A DNA stretch of 61,173 nucleotides, counting the filler, from Bipalium vagum (taxonomy: Eukaryota): NCBI GenBank assembly GCA_037834085.1. It is 3 parts of 3 records of this genome, joined end to end, with 100 filler letters (N's around TTAATTAATTAA, not from the genome) between each part and the next. Parts side by side here need not be neighbours in the genome. Positions count along the whole stretch, not along the records: positions 20,535 to 45,096 come from JBBMKC010199941.1; positions 45,197 to 61,173 come from JBBMKC010135110.1; 1 more part is not named here. One strand, written 5' to 3'. The translations under genes were made by a program, and so were the position numbers. Position 1 is the stretch's first letter. Every line of letters starts with the position of its first letter. The notes under the pieces are model-generated. The model was not told the origin of the DNA and did not search any database. It saw only the letters and a program-made list of their open reading frames with translations. Below, piece by piece: positions 39,631 through 52,622 of this stretch.

Positions 39631-42600
39631 CTTATATCTCCTTAGTTTTAAATGAAAAAATCAAGTAATATAAAATAATTTATCTAATGATCTTTACTTA
39701 TTTAATGTTTTTTAATTCAACTTTTTAGACGAATTGGATTATTAATTATTTTGACTACATCAATTAATTAATGAAATTAACTTATTTGTTATGAGTAATA
39801 ATATTATTTTTATTAAGAATAAAACTTAATTTGAAAAAAAAACTTTTTTAATATTTTGTAATTTTATTAAACACAAATATTTTAATTGATATTTAATTAT
39901 TTGTGTTTTAACTTTCAAAAACATTTTTTAATTTTATTATTGATAAAATTAATTGAATTTTCGTATTTCTTGTTTAAATTGATTTACATTATACTTCCTT
40001 TTTCAGATTTTCTTAATTCATGATTGATTAGAAATTGAATTAATTTTTACTTAGTTTTTTTTAGTTTAGAAAATTAACGTTATTTCTTTTGCAATTCAGT
40101 TTTATTCGTTTAACGTTAAAGATTTAATCTCCAAATATTTTATTTAAATATTTGTTTAATAATCAATATTTAAAATTAATTGACTTTTAATAAAGACAAG
40201 TAAAGTTCTATTATCAATCAAAGTTCCGCACAAATTTTAATTAATTTATTAACTTAATATATCTTTACATTTTCTGTATAATTATTTATTTGATCATTAA
40301 GCAATTCTGAACCGTTATTAATTTATGGCCTGGTTCATCTTTCCTGTACTATAATCACTTTGGTTTGACAATATTGTAAATTTAAGCTTTTATAAATTTT
40401 AGATAATAGAATTTAAGATTCCTGGCAACCCGATTTCGATTTACTTTTCGAAATACTTTTTGATCCATTTAATGTTGCTTTTCGTTCCGATTTTAGTTGG
40501 CCGACCGCTGGATATTTTTTCTTTCACATGTACCTATTTCTTCTTTTTGCCTAATCCATAGATATATGGTTGGTTATGTGGATCTCATATCAATAAAATG
40601 CTTGACAGCTTCTTTTTTGACAAGTTTCGTTTTCTTGCATAAATTTTATACAATGATGAGTAGAATTTATGAGACTATTTATGCTCACGGCAACTCAATA
40701 AACTATTAGAATCGTATTGGTACATTTTTTGTGAATAAAAATCGATTTTTGGGAAATTGCGGCAATTAATTTGTGTCGGTTTTTTCTTGATATTTTTATT
40801 CTTTGTTTAATATAGTTGGTTATATTAAGAATTTTTCAATTATTTTCTTACATTTGCATTAAGACAATAATAGCTACATTGTGTAAATTTTGAAATCTTT
40901 TGACCAAAGATAGGTCATTTTTGTAAGTGTGTCAATAAATTTGTGGCGCACTATAGAGGTTTTCTAGCTTCTGCATATTTTGCCATTGCTTCTTCTTAAA
41001 TTAGAACGGGATCTTAGAAATATTCATACCAAGTTTTTTAAAAGGCAGTCAAGGTCATATCAATTAGTATTTCATAATAAATAAAGATCTTTTATAAAGT
41101 TTTAGCTTCTTGTTTTCACAAAACGTATTTATAACCCATTTTATTTATTTCAATCAAATCCAAAATATAAAAATAATAATTAAATAACACAAAAATATTT
41201 TCAGACATAGAAGATTAATAATGAAATTTAGTGTCAAATTGGTTTGCATAAATTAAAACAATTCTCGAACAAAATGAATGAAGAATAAAATATATAATGT
41301 GAAATGTGTTTTTCAATAATACAATCATTAAACAATTCTTTTAATATTTCAGAATTATTGATCAAATATTTTATTGTCAACATTGTCTATTACAGACTCA
41401 ATTAATAAGAATCCAAATTGAAAGTCTTGAATTTCTTTAGAAAATAATAAATAACTAAGCTACAGGTAGAATTATAATAATATAATCTAATATTTGTATA
41501 ACTGATTTAATATTAATATTATTTTTAAATTAATTTAGACTATTTCAAGCTCTATTTTAAAGTTTTCAACTTCAATTTGAAAACTTTCAATTTCATTTTA
41601 AAATTTTTTTATAAAATAGGTATAAAAGAGATATTATTAAAGTAAAATACTAAAAAGCAGAACAATTTATTGATGAATATAAGGCAGACTAGCAGCTGAA
41701 TTGATAATATTTCGTTTCATATTACGAAAATAACCACCGCAATCATTTGGTGTTATTGATTGTGTTCCTTGAATAATTTAATCCGTCAAGACACCATTAT
41801 TATTATTTCATAACTTTTCCCGAACAAAATTTGGAATTGGAATATTTTTGGTTAGAATTGTTAACAAAACTATTTATTAGAAAAATAAATATTACGAGAA
41901 TTTCAACTAATAATATTCATTAAAATAATGATAATAATAATATTTTGATTGAAATAATTATTGAAAATGTCTTAATTCTCATTAATCATTATATTGTTGC
42001 GAAATAATTTATAAATAATAATCAACAAAATTCATCTTAACAAATATTTTATTATATTTATAAATACATGTTAATTATTTAGCGTTCCTTGTTATGGAAA
42101 TTTAAGATTTTCATATTAGGCTTTCAGAATCTCATTTTTAGAGTTTAATCATGTAATAGATATTGTTGAAAATAACATTTGTTCGTTTATTATTTTTAAA
42201 TAATGTCAATATATTGATTTCTATTGAAAAATAAGTGTTTTTTCTTATAAGCCTTTAGAATTAAGATAAATTTATTTTTAAAAAATTATCAAATGAACAC
42301 AAATATTTGTATAAAAGAAGCAAATTTTTTTGATTATCTAAACTCAAATTAATTACTGGTTAAAAAAAGATATATAAGGAAATTAAATATTTATTAATTT
42401 ATTTAATTACATAATTTAATTATTTTTTTGTTTAAATAATGTTTAGCAATATTTTGAAATCTGATCAATCTGGTCATTCTGGAAGTTGAAATTATTATGA
42501 TTAAAATTAGATTTAAAACAAAAGTTACTTAAAGAAAAAAATATTTTAAAAATTTTTTCTTGTTGTAAAACTTTTATTTTGAGCCACATTTGACTGAAAA

Positions 42601-45047
42601 TGTTGAAATTCTTTTAATTGGAATAATTTATACGTAGACAAAAAGTCTAAGGTTAACAGTAAAAAGATAAAAAAATTAAATAGAAAATAATTTTAAATAT
42701 TTGAAAAAAGTGACATTAAGTAAAATTTTTTTAATTTTAAAAATGATATTTTTATTATTTAAAATCTTTGTTATAAAAATTATAAATTTTTCTAAAATAA
42801 AAGTATTTTTAATCCATAATAATATAATCTATTATGATTTTTATTTTTATTATTTTACTTATTATATTTTTTTATTAGTTTATTAATTATTATTATTAAT
42901 TATTGTTTAATTATTATTTTTTCTATTATTATTATATATAAAATTAAATATAATTACAAGTTAGAGCAATTCCAAAAAAATATTTTCAATTTTATTCATT
43001 ATTACATTTATGTAAATCTTTTTGAAGGTTTCAATCATAATTTTGATTTGTTCTTTAAGATCAAACAGATAGTTAAGCTGTTTTCACTGTTATATATTCT
43101 TTGTAAAATTATGAATAAGATTGTATAAAAAAAGAAATTAGGATTATATGAAGTACTATGTACTAAACATTTTATACTCAAAAAACACTTTGCCTTTGAA
43201 ACTGGTTGAAAATTTGCAAAGATAAAGACTATTTTGAGAAATTATGAAAATTTTGGTACTTACAATTTTTAATTAAAGTATGGCGAATATATTTTTATTC
43301 GTTAATTAATTATTAATTTAAACTGTAGTATGTTATTAGATTTAATTGATTTTTTCAAAAATCTCATGTTAATTAACCTTAACACTTTGAATATTCAAAT
43401 GCATTCTTATATACTAAAACGAAATTATACTATATACTAGTAGGCCTTAACAATTATTTTTAAATAAAATATTTATACTTATTCAGGTAATTATTAATAT
43501 ATAGATATCTGATATATCATTTGTTTTAATTAATCAATTGCTTTGATATAATTTTAGCCCTAATTTGAAATTCCTAAAGTTAATGCACTTAGATTATTAA
43601 CGAATTATTAATAAATTAGATTGTTTATATTTAACTTTTGAAAAATGATTTAACAAACATTTTATATTTTTAAAAACAAATATTTTTAAATTTTTTATAA
43701 ATAATTAAAATTTAAAAATATTCGCAGTAAATATGTGTAATTCGAGAAAGCGCCATTTTGATATTTGAGTTTTGCTACACATCTTCATATCTTGGGTATG
43801 AATATCAATTTCAATGGCAATTGATTGACATTTCCTTGATAGGATATATTCATAAATATCATCAAATTTACTAAGTCCTACCTTTCTCTTAAGCCAATAC
43901 TAATAGGAAAAAACTTTATCTAACATCTTTGTTTTACCACTGATGCCTTAAAGCTTCCTCGATACGTCTCCTTAGTGTTACAAGATTACATCAGTTACTC
44001 CTATGGCAAAGTTTTAAATCATTTCAAATACCGACACGGGTGTCTTTATCAACCATGTCTTAAAAGTTACTAAAAATAATTAGCAATTTTAATTAAATCA
44101 AACATTTTTAATAAGAAAGACCAAAGCAAATTTAGCGCTAATCTCATTTTATTGCGATTTATAATATAATAAACTTCCGGGGTACCATCAACCAAATAAA
44201 TATAACCATTTATATATCAAATGCTTAACATTGTTATCGTATATTTATATCCCAATTTGGTGAACATTGTCAACAATAATTATGCAAATTAATTTCACAG
44301 AAACTGCTACATTTTATGCCACAATGATTTATCGCATAGCAACATCACAGAATCATAATACAATTTAGTTATCGCTCTTTGAAAAAATAATATTTACTTA
44401 TTAGTCCACTTGTATAAATTCTTTGCTCATAATTACAACTTTTTTAACGACCACTAATTTCGTATTGATACTTGCTTTTATTTATATTCAATTAAAAGGA
44501 CACCCAAAGACTGGTTTTCATTATGAACTTTCTCCTTTAGAACGGTTTTTGGAAGTTCTTCATTAATTAATTTTATAGAATAGTTTTATATACCAAAACC
44601 GATGGGAAGAAATGGAAAAATATGGAAATAATTTGACAGAACGTTCATGCCAGACTCAATTCTCACTCGGTGCCCTAGAGTAACTTAGAGAGTGTAAACT
44701 GGGAATTATTATCTCATTTATTATATCGCTTCTTTTGATATATGCAATTATATGAAAAAATAGCCAAACGTTATTATTTTTTTAAATACGAAGCGTTTTT
44801 ATGCACAACATATTGTCATTTTTCGGCAGGTTTTTTTTTGTTCACTGTCCCATTCTTTAAACTCTGAAGCAAAGAATACCCTGAAAAAATCGTTATAATT
44901 TTCAAGATTAACAAACCGTTAATCTCTCAAAAAGTGTTCCATAGATCTAAAACATTGAAAATCTGATGGTATCAGATCTGGACTATATAATTAATCTTAA
45001 TTCAAAATTTAATTTAAAAAAAAACTTTGAATGAATAAAATTAAACA

Positions 45048-45048
<1 letters not shown>

Positions 45049-45096
<48 letters not shown>
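45049..45096. repeat. (AAT)n microsatellite abutting a gap
   Basis: About 16 perfect AAT units. Confidence 0.95.
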
Positions 45097-45376
45097 NNNN
45101 NNNNNNNNNNNNNNNNNNNNNNNNNNNNNNNNNNNNNNNNTTAATTAATTAANNNNNNNNNNNNNNNNNNNNNNNNNNNNNNNNNNNNNNNNNNNNTTAT
45201 TATTAATTTTATTTATTATTAATTTTATTTATTATTAATTTTNNNNNNNNNNNNNNNNNNNNNNNNNNNNNNNNNNNNNNNNNNNNNNNNNNNNNNNNNN
45301 NNNNNNNNNNNNNNNNNNNNNNNNNNNNNNNNNNNNNNNNNNNNNNNNNNNNNNNNNNNNNNNNNNNNNNNNNNNN
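45097..45376. other. Assembly gaps (45097-45196 with TTAATTAATTAA spacer; 45243-45376)
   Basis: N runs flanked by short AT tandem repeats. Confidence 0.97.
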
Positions 45377-46014
45377 TAATTTTATTTATTTTTAATTTTA
45401 TTTATTTTTAATTTTATTTATTTTTAATTTTATTTTTAAAATTTCATTTCTACTTTTTAAATATTTTAAAAAATAATTAAAAAATCCCCAGTTCTGATTA
45501 GCCTCCTCATAGAGAGCAACCTAGAAAACCGTTTAAATATATATGAGGAAAAAATGCGGAATTTTGTTTGATTCTTAACAATTTTTAAAAAAAGTCCACA
45601 TTTTTTTGATCAGAGTAAATTAAATTTCATATCCCAAAGTATGAAAAAAATTGATGATGATAAATATATTTTAATTTGCAAGAACACGAAAAGATCTATT
45701 TATATTATGATCAAAATACTGAATTATGAAATTAGAAAAAGAAGATTAGATACTATGTTAAATGACCAAACCAAAGCAAGATATGAGCGTTATGAAATTA
45801 AAAATTTAGTAAAGAATTTAAAACGAAAAAGATAATTGACAATATTGGATAATATCCCAACATCTCAATCTGTTCTTAATAGTGATGAAATACAAAAGAA
45901 AAAAGATAAAACTGATTAGCTTCAACACTTATTTTAGATTTAGTCGATCTATTATAAAAAATAAAATTTTAATATTTATTTTCAGATTTTTTGGATTAAT
46001 TGAAAATTTGAAAA

Positions 46015-46700
46015 TGATTTTATAAAACAAAGTTTTTTGTAACTCATTTTCATAAAATTTACCTAATATTTTTTCTCCTTTAAAATTTACAATTCCCTAA
46101 ACAATTGGATTTGTAAAATAAATTTCATTAATAATAAAAATTTCATTTGTCCATTTTGCTGCATATCTTTTTGTCAAATATATTTGTTTATTCTTAAAAA
46201 TTCTTACATGACAATATTAAATCTTTTTCGTTTTTCTCTTGGAGTTGGATTTTGAATATTGTTCATTTCATGAATCATTTCTACATCTGCAACATGTCTA
46301 TCTTTTATGTCTGTTGACATATTTTACATCATGTTTCATTGCTGCTTGATCAACTCGATTTATTGGAATTGAATCAGGTTTAGGAATTGAGAGAATTGAT
46401 AAATCTTGATTTTCATTATAATTTTCTTCTATTTAATTATAGTTTTCTAAACGTTTATCAGCATGAGTCCCTGACCCGACGAAATTCGCAAAAATGGTGA
46501 CAAAAATTGAAAAAAACTTTGAAAATTTTTCAAGTAGTGATTTTTGATGAAAAAATATATAAAAAGTTGAAAATTTCTAGTAGTGATTTTTTATGAAAAA
46601 TGAAAAAATTGACTTAAAAAGTAGTGAAAAAAGGTGGTTTTAATGGTGGTGTTTTTTTTTCAAAAGTTGAAAAACAAGTAGTTAAAAAACTACTAAAATG
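46015..46700 (-). mobile_element. Polinton/adintovirus-like remnant 2: PLA2 joined to integrase C-terminus (core deleted)
   Basis: ANFVGSGTHADKRL...PINRVDQAAMKHDVKY/STDIKDRHVADVEMIHEMNNIQNPTPREK, then KRYAAKWTNEIFIINEIYFTNPIV*GIVNFKGEKILGKFYENELQKT; clearly homologous to 17580-17840. Confidence 0.88.
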
Positions 46701-48577
46701 AGTAATTTTTCGCTGAAAAACAAAAAATGAAGTTTTTTTCAATGGTGAAAAAAAGAGATGAAAAAACATTCCTAGACTGCTGGGCTCAGTTCGCGTCATA
46801 TTACAAATACTGCTATCTCTGAGCAACTTTAAAGGCTCTAATAATTAGGAAAGCTTGAACGAAGCTAAACCGTAGGATCGTTTTGTTTTGTTTAATATTT
46901 TTTTATTATTAATATTTAATAATTAATATTTAAGTTTAATTCTTGTTTATCGATTGCTACCTTTAAATATTTTGTTAATTCATTATTTGATTAATATTCT
47001 ACTGAATATAACCTAAGACATTTGAAACATTTTAGACATTGTTGTGATCCTTTTGATTGAGTTTGACTATTTTATGTAATTTCATCATTGAGATTTTGTG
47101 AGTTATTGGGTTATAAATACAAGTTATTGCTTTACTGATTGTTGTTATATCGCACCACCTAAGAGATGGAGTCAGGTTTAAAATTTAATACATAAATACA
47201 CTAAATAAATATTGATTCCGAAACGCAAAATGAAAGTGACACTCAAACTATAAAGTTTAAACAATAAAAAGAAAAAGTATATTTCAACAGTTGACAAGTC
47301 TCAAAATATTGTAATTTGTTCCAAAATCTGATCTCGTCCTACTGAAATTAGTGATAGAAATAAATTAAATTAAATGACAGACAGTAAATGATAATATCGG
47401 TAGTGTATATAACAGCTATATTAAAGTCGATACATACAACGGAAATCTAACTGATTTTCTATCAAATTATTATATTATAAATTATAATATTATAATGTGC
47501 GCACATGGTTTCACAGAATAAGTAATGATGATTTGCCTTCCCTCTCCCAGTAAAAGGTGAACAAGTTGTGATGTTCTACAGGTCATTTATTTAGGCAACA
47601 ATTTTATAGTTAAAGATAAAAAATAAATTAAACAGTATCAGAATACGCACAGTTTGAGCACCATTAACCTAGAGAGCTTTTGATAAGTGGAAAGGTAATT
47701 GGAACGATAATACAGAGTAACAATAAAAGACCAATGGTGGCCTGGACTTAGGTATGAAATAAAAATAGCTAAAATTATATATGTATGAAGCTGTTGACTA
47801 AGTAATTCAAAAAGTTAAATTAGCAGAAATTTAAAATGAAATTCAAGAAAAAAATCGGATAACAGGAGAAACACTCATTGATAATGTTGAAAAAGTGAAG
47901 CATTTCTTACAAAATCATAAAATTAATCTACAATTAGAGTTAAAATTGCTACAAAAATATTTTTAAGTTAATAAATTTAAAATGAAATGTGTTAAATGTT
48001 TATATCTATCGTTGGTAAACATGAAATATAAACAGAAAAAATCTTTCTTAAAAAATATAATTCTAATACATAGGAATAGCTATGGCTATAGTCTAATTTT
48101 TATTTGATGACCCATTCAAGTCAAAAGATTTTCAACTGCTAATTTATAAATTAATTGTATCTAATAAATTGATAAATGTTATTTTTCTACACTACAAACT
48201 TAATGAATATCCTGTTACATAAATTAAAACCATGTAAATAAAATTTGGTATTATTGTCATCTATTTTAAAAATGATTAAATGTTTTTTAAAAATATATTA
48301 ATATTAAAACTAGACGCCATATAATACTTTTGTTTAAATTATATGCATTTTACTTTTAGTTACAAACTGTTTACAAACGTAAATCTTTTAAACTTTGTCG
48401 TTTTGTGCAAATCTGTTGATTATTTATATTTTATTTTTATGAATTTTAAAAAAATTATGGTTGTGTATATAAATATATATTAGTGGTTTTATTTGTGATT
48501 AAGATAAAATAAAAATTGATATTATTAATGTTTATTTAGTAAAAATAATTATTTTAGATTCAAATCAAACAATTGGT

Positions 48578-49348
48578 ATGAGTACAAATAACTCACTTTT
48601 GTCGACAAGAGTTGCAAATTATAATTTGTCATTCAGTTATCCAAACATGACCAATATGTGTCAAAAAGAATTGAATTATAGTAATTCATTTTCGTTGAAT
48701 TCTTGTACAAAATCTTGGAATAATTATCAGAACAATAATATATTAAAAAAGTCAATAATACCAGAGAGTAACCATAAAAATCTTGAATCTGTTTACAATT
48801 GTGATCTTCAGCCATTAACATGGTTACAAAAGGAGAGCATAATTGATATTGACCCATTGGTTGATATTGAAGACATTAAAGAGGATTCTATCAGCATAAA
48901 TATGACTCCTGGATATGAAGATCTGGTCAATCCACAGATAAATCATGCCAGAGTTGAAGTGGAATCCCAAGAAAATTCAAATGTACACGATTTTGTGAGA
49001 TTTCAGGCAATGAGGAACAGTAAAAATAATGGAAATCGCGTAGCACTTCGAAACAATAACTCCTTTGTATCAATTAACGGGACAATTAATGATCAAAATC
49101 AAGTTATTAATAGAACAAATTATAGTCATCAAGCAAGTGGATTCATCAAACCAAATCTGAGTTATACACAATTGATTTTCATGGCAATAGAGACATGTAA
49201 AGATCGAGCTATGACTGTCAATGACATTTATCAATGGTGTGAGATTAATTATCCCTATTATAAGCACATCGGTCCCTCCTGGAAGAACTCATTGCGACAT
49301 AATTTGTCGATCAATAAGTCTTTTCGTCGAATGCCACGAGACGGACAA
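48578..49348 (+). CDS. FoxN2/3: FoxN2/3 exon (most of the forkhead domain)
   Basis: ORF 48578; donor CAA|GTAAGC. Confidence 0.95.
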
Positions 49349-52300
49349 GTAAGCAGTTTTTTTCAATAGTAATTTCATAAAGTATTACTTTATCCATTTA
49401 TCATGTTTAATTAATTTATCAATATTAGAGAAATTTGTATTTTTTAATATTGATTAATGGATTTATTAATATTTTGATCAAAGCAATTTTTATTATTCTC
49501 TTTTTTGAATCAACGCATCATAAAATTACAATTATGATTTTTAATCTTTATATAAAAAAAATCTTTGAAAATATTTCGGTTTTTGTAAGTATTCTCATTC
49601 TATGTCGAAAAATTTGTTTTGAAAAAATGATATGAACTTATATCATTTGTTTTTGTGCCCCCTCACAATCTTAACGATAAAATGTTATTGTTTGATAAAA
49701 GCAGAAATTTTTGAAGATTGATTTCAAATATGATTTTAAATCACTTTTTAGTGTCTGATGACATTAAAATTTTCCCAATGTTTTTTTATCGATCGTAAAC
49801 GTTGAATATTTTACAGTTGTATCAAAACACGTTCTACCAAAAATAAAGTAAGGTAGTTCTGACGTAAATTACTGACAGTAAAGACGACTGGAAAATGTTA
49901 ATTCAAGGAATCGTTCCAGTTTTGAAAAAACTCTTAATATGGATATTTTATGTGAATAACCAATGTTAATGTGTGATAATCATATTTAGAGCTCTGTGGT
50001 CAATTATGAATTCAACACCAGTGATGATATATGCGACGAAGCATTGTCTTATCGAGACAATAAGGTGATCCATCTCAATTCATCGCTGTAGCACCGTAGC
50101 TAGCACGACAATTTATACCTTTTTAAAATCATTTTTATTTTCACCTTTATATCTTACAATAATACCATTGTTATGATCACTATTTATATTATTATCACGA
50201 AGAGTGCTGCTAGCTTTGCAATTTATCTGGATTTATGTATTTAAATTCTTTGTGTTGTACTTGTCTTTCTGTTGTTATCTTACTGTGTAATCATCGTTTA
50301 CTTTTTGTGTGAACACTTTATAGTGAATTTTTCAACTTACTAATAGCAATAGTTAATTTACATAAATAACAATTACAGTATCTTTGGGGAAGATGAAATG
50401 ATGGGTGAGCAAAATTTTGAGTTCTTTTCCAGAATAAGAAAATGCTTCAATTGTTTTATACATATTTTTAATTATTCGAATTTAACCTGATATTTTTTGG
50501 TTGTAAAAAAAATTAATTGATATTTTACATTTTTATTGATTGGAAATTCGTTTCAAATGTCTTATGCCTACATTATTATTTGTAGAATTCTTCTTATATG
50601 CTTTTCCTGTATTTTTCTCTCATTGAATTGATTTTTTATTACTCAAAATTGATATTTTTGTCTGTACTCAGTTTTAAAAAGTGAGCTCTAAGTGACAACT
50701 CAGTTTTTGCTTATTCTAAGATTGAAAGTAGTAATTAATACAAACTTGAATCCTGTCCGTGGAATATATAAAACAATTTTAAAATATTAATCTTTGAGAG
50801 CTGAAGTCAGATAAAGGTATTCGCTTCATCATTCTCCATTGGTATTCTACACAGTTTTCACTAATATTTTTAGAATTGATGATAAAGGAAATGCATTGTT
50901 ATTAGTCCGTTTATGTGAACCGTAAAGAATCTATTGCCTTTCAAAATTAATCAAAGTACGTAATTTTTTAGCAAGGGGGTCCAGGTAGAGGAGCTTATTG
51001 GGTAGTCGACGACAAGGAACGGAAAAACCTTCTCGACTCCATTTATCGTGCTCAACAGGTTATGCCCCTTAGTGACAGAAATGGGCAACGAGTTGATGCT
51101 TCATATTCTGTTATTATAAACCCACCGAAAAACGGACCTATGTTGCGAATTGATGGTCGCTTCACGGATGCTTCAACCTATTTACAGTCGAAGCGCATCG
51201 ATGACGACATTTCAAACGATAATCAAAATGGTCCCAACCAAGACTCGACTACATACGAAAATACATCGGATCTTTTGACTGTAACGGAAAACTCAGACAT
51301 TGAGTATGCATCCATGATGCAAAATCTAACATCCAATCGTAGTCACGGTGACACGATTGATGGATCCATTAAATTATCAACAAGGTATAAGTGATAAAAT
51401 TTGATTGCAAGATTTCATTACAATCTATTTATATGTTTGTGCCTTTCAGTTACAATAGCAACTCCTCTAGAATGAAAGGTACAGTAAAAATGTTTCCTAT
51501 AACGCGTTTAGTTTTATCAAAGATATTTTCTAGAACCTGAGCAGGACATACTTAAACCAAAATTGAAAAATCGCCGCAAATCAAAACACGAAAAAGGTAG
51601 ACGTCAATAAAAGAAAATTTTCCCATTACTTGATCGTTTCAGTTCGCAGTTGTAGAGAGATCGAATCATCTACGAAAGATGGTTTTGATACCGTTGGTTG
51701 CAAGTACCCAAATAGAACTAGTAATTCCTCATCATCAGACAAACCCTCAACACCTGGAATGACCAGTGTCAATGTCATTGTTGCTCCTCATTTCGATCAC
51801 ATTTATGCCAGATATCAACAGTTCCTGCCACCAGCTATTTCCACTAACATGGACAAAGCCGTCTTTGCTCCGTACAGCGAAGTCGATTCGAATCCCGACG
51901 CAGAATTTTTGAAACACGGATACCGTGAAGATGACGATGATGAAGAAGAGGACAATGATGAGGACGATGAGCCAAGGACCAGTGGTTGTAATCTTGCCCA
52001 TGAGTCCTGTGGATCTGTGCCAGCAGACGTTGGAACTGGTCTCGACATGGATGGGGTGACGGTAAAATTGGAAAAGGTAGAATCCGGCCAACATTTAGAA
52101 CAACAGATGGAACCAGGATTAATGCGTCACTACCGTGAAAAAGATACCATGCGTAATAAACATCAAGGCGATTGTGGAAAAGGAGGATTGCGGCTTTTGT
52201 GGAATGGACGAAACAACAAATTGAAATCTTCCACTGTTGCGTTTACTAGACAGCGCAAGGTACGCAAAGTTCTCAGAAATCGCGTCCGACGAAATCTGGG

Positions 52301-52622
52301 GCAGCGACAAGTAGGAGGTGATGGAGCAAAACTCGATGTAGAAGTGAAACAGGAAATGATGGAGATGCCTGTAGAAGAGATGATAATGGAGATGAAAGAG
52401 GAATTGAGCGATGGTTACGGAACAGATTCCACAATGCCGATGGTGGTCCGACAGCAAACTCTAAAACGAAAGAATAATGTGACAACTAGTAAAAGGCGAA
52501 CCAATCGAGTCGTCAGACTCAAATCGTTGAAACGAAATGAAGCGTTGACGAAAACTGCTTACCAAGAGAAACGATTGCGTTCAAAGCGAAAGAAAACTCG
52601 TCCTCTGCGCATTGATGAGTAA
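48578..52622 (+). CDS. FoxN2/3: Forkhead box transcription factor, FoxN2/3 subfamily, 5 coding exons, 751 aa
   Basis: join(48578..49348,50972..51384,51450..51478,51534..51596,51643..52622) = 2256 nt, all GT-AG and in frame. Forkhead domain KPNLSYTQLIFMAIE...WKNSLRHNLSINKSF...GRGAYWVVD. FoxN2/3 hallmarks: DLQPLTWLQ, LIFMAIE, RKNLLDSI, DHIY. An acceptor at 48557 suggests an upstream exon. Confidence 0.9.
50972..51384 (+). CDS. FoxN2/3: FoxN2/3 exon (forkhead wing)
   Basis: Acceptor tttttag; QGGPGRGAYWVVDDKERKNLL; donor AG|GTATAA. Confidence 0.92.
51450..51478 (+). CDS. FoxN2/3: FoxN2/3 29-nt micro-exon
   Basis: tttcag acceptor, G|GTACAG donor, restores the frame. Confidence 0.75.
51534..51596 (+). 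CDS. FoxN2/3: FoxN2/3 63-nt exon (basic, NLS-like)
   Basis: EPEQDILKPKLKNRRKSKHEK; ttctag acceptor, GTAGAC donor. Confidence 0.8.
51643..52622 (+). CDS. FoxN2/3: FoxN2/3 terminal exon
   Basis: tttcag acceptor in frame with ORF 51630-52622; DHIY motif, acidic tract, basic C-terminus. Confidence 0.9.

Noticed and set aside
40000-44700. Several moderately GC-rich patches and hydrophobic FILKNY-rich ORFs
   Set aside because: No motif I can assign confidently; the ORFs reflect AT-biased random frames or very old TE debris.
51747-52485. Four minus-strand ORFs over the FoxN2/3 last exon
   Set aside because: Antisense shadows of a GC-richer coding exon with no recognisable domains.
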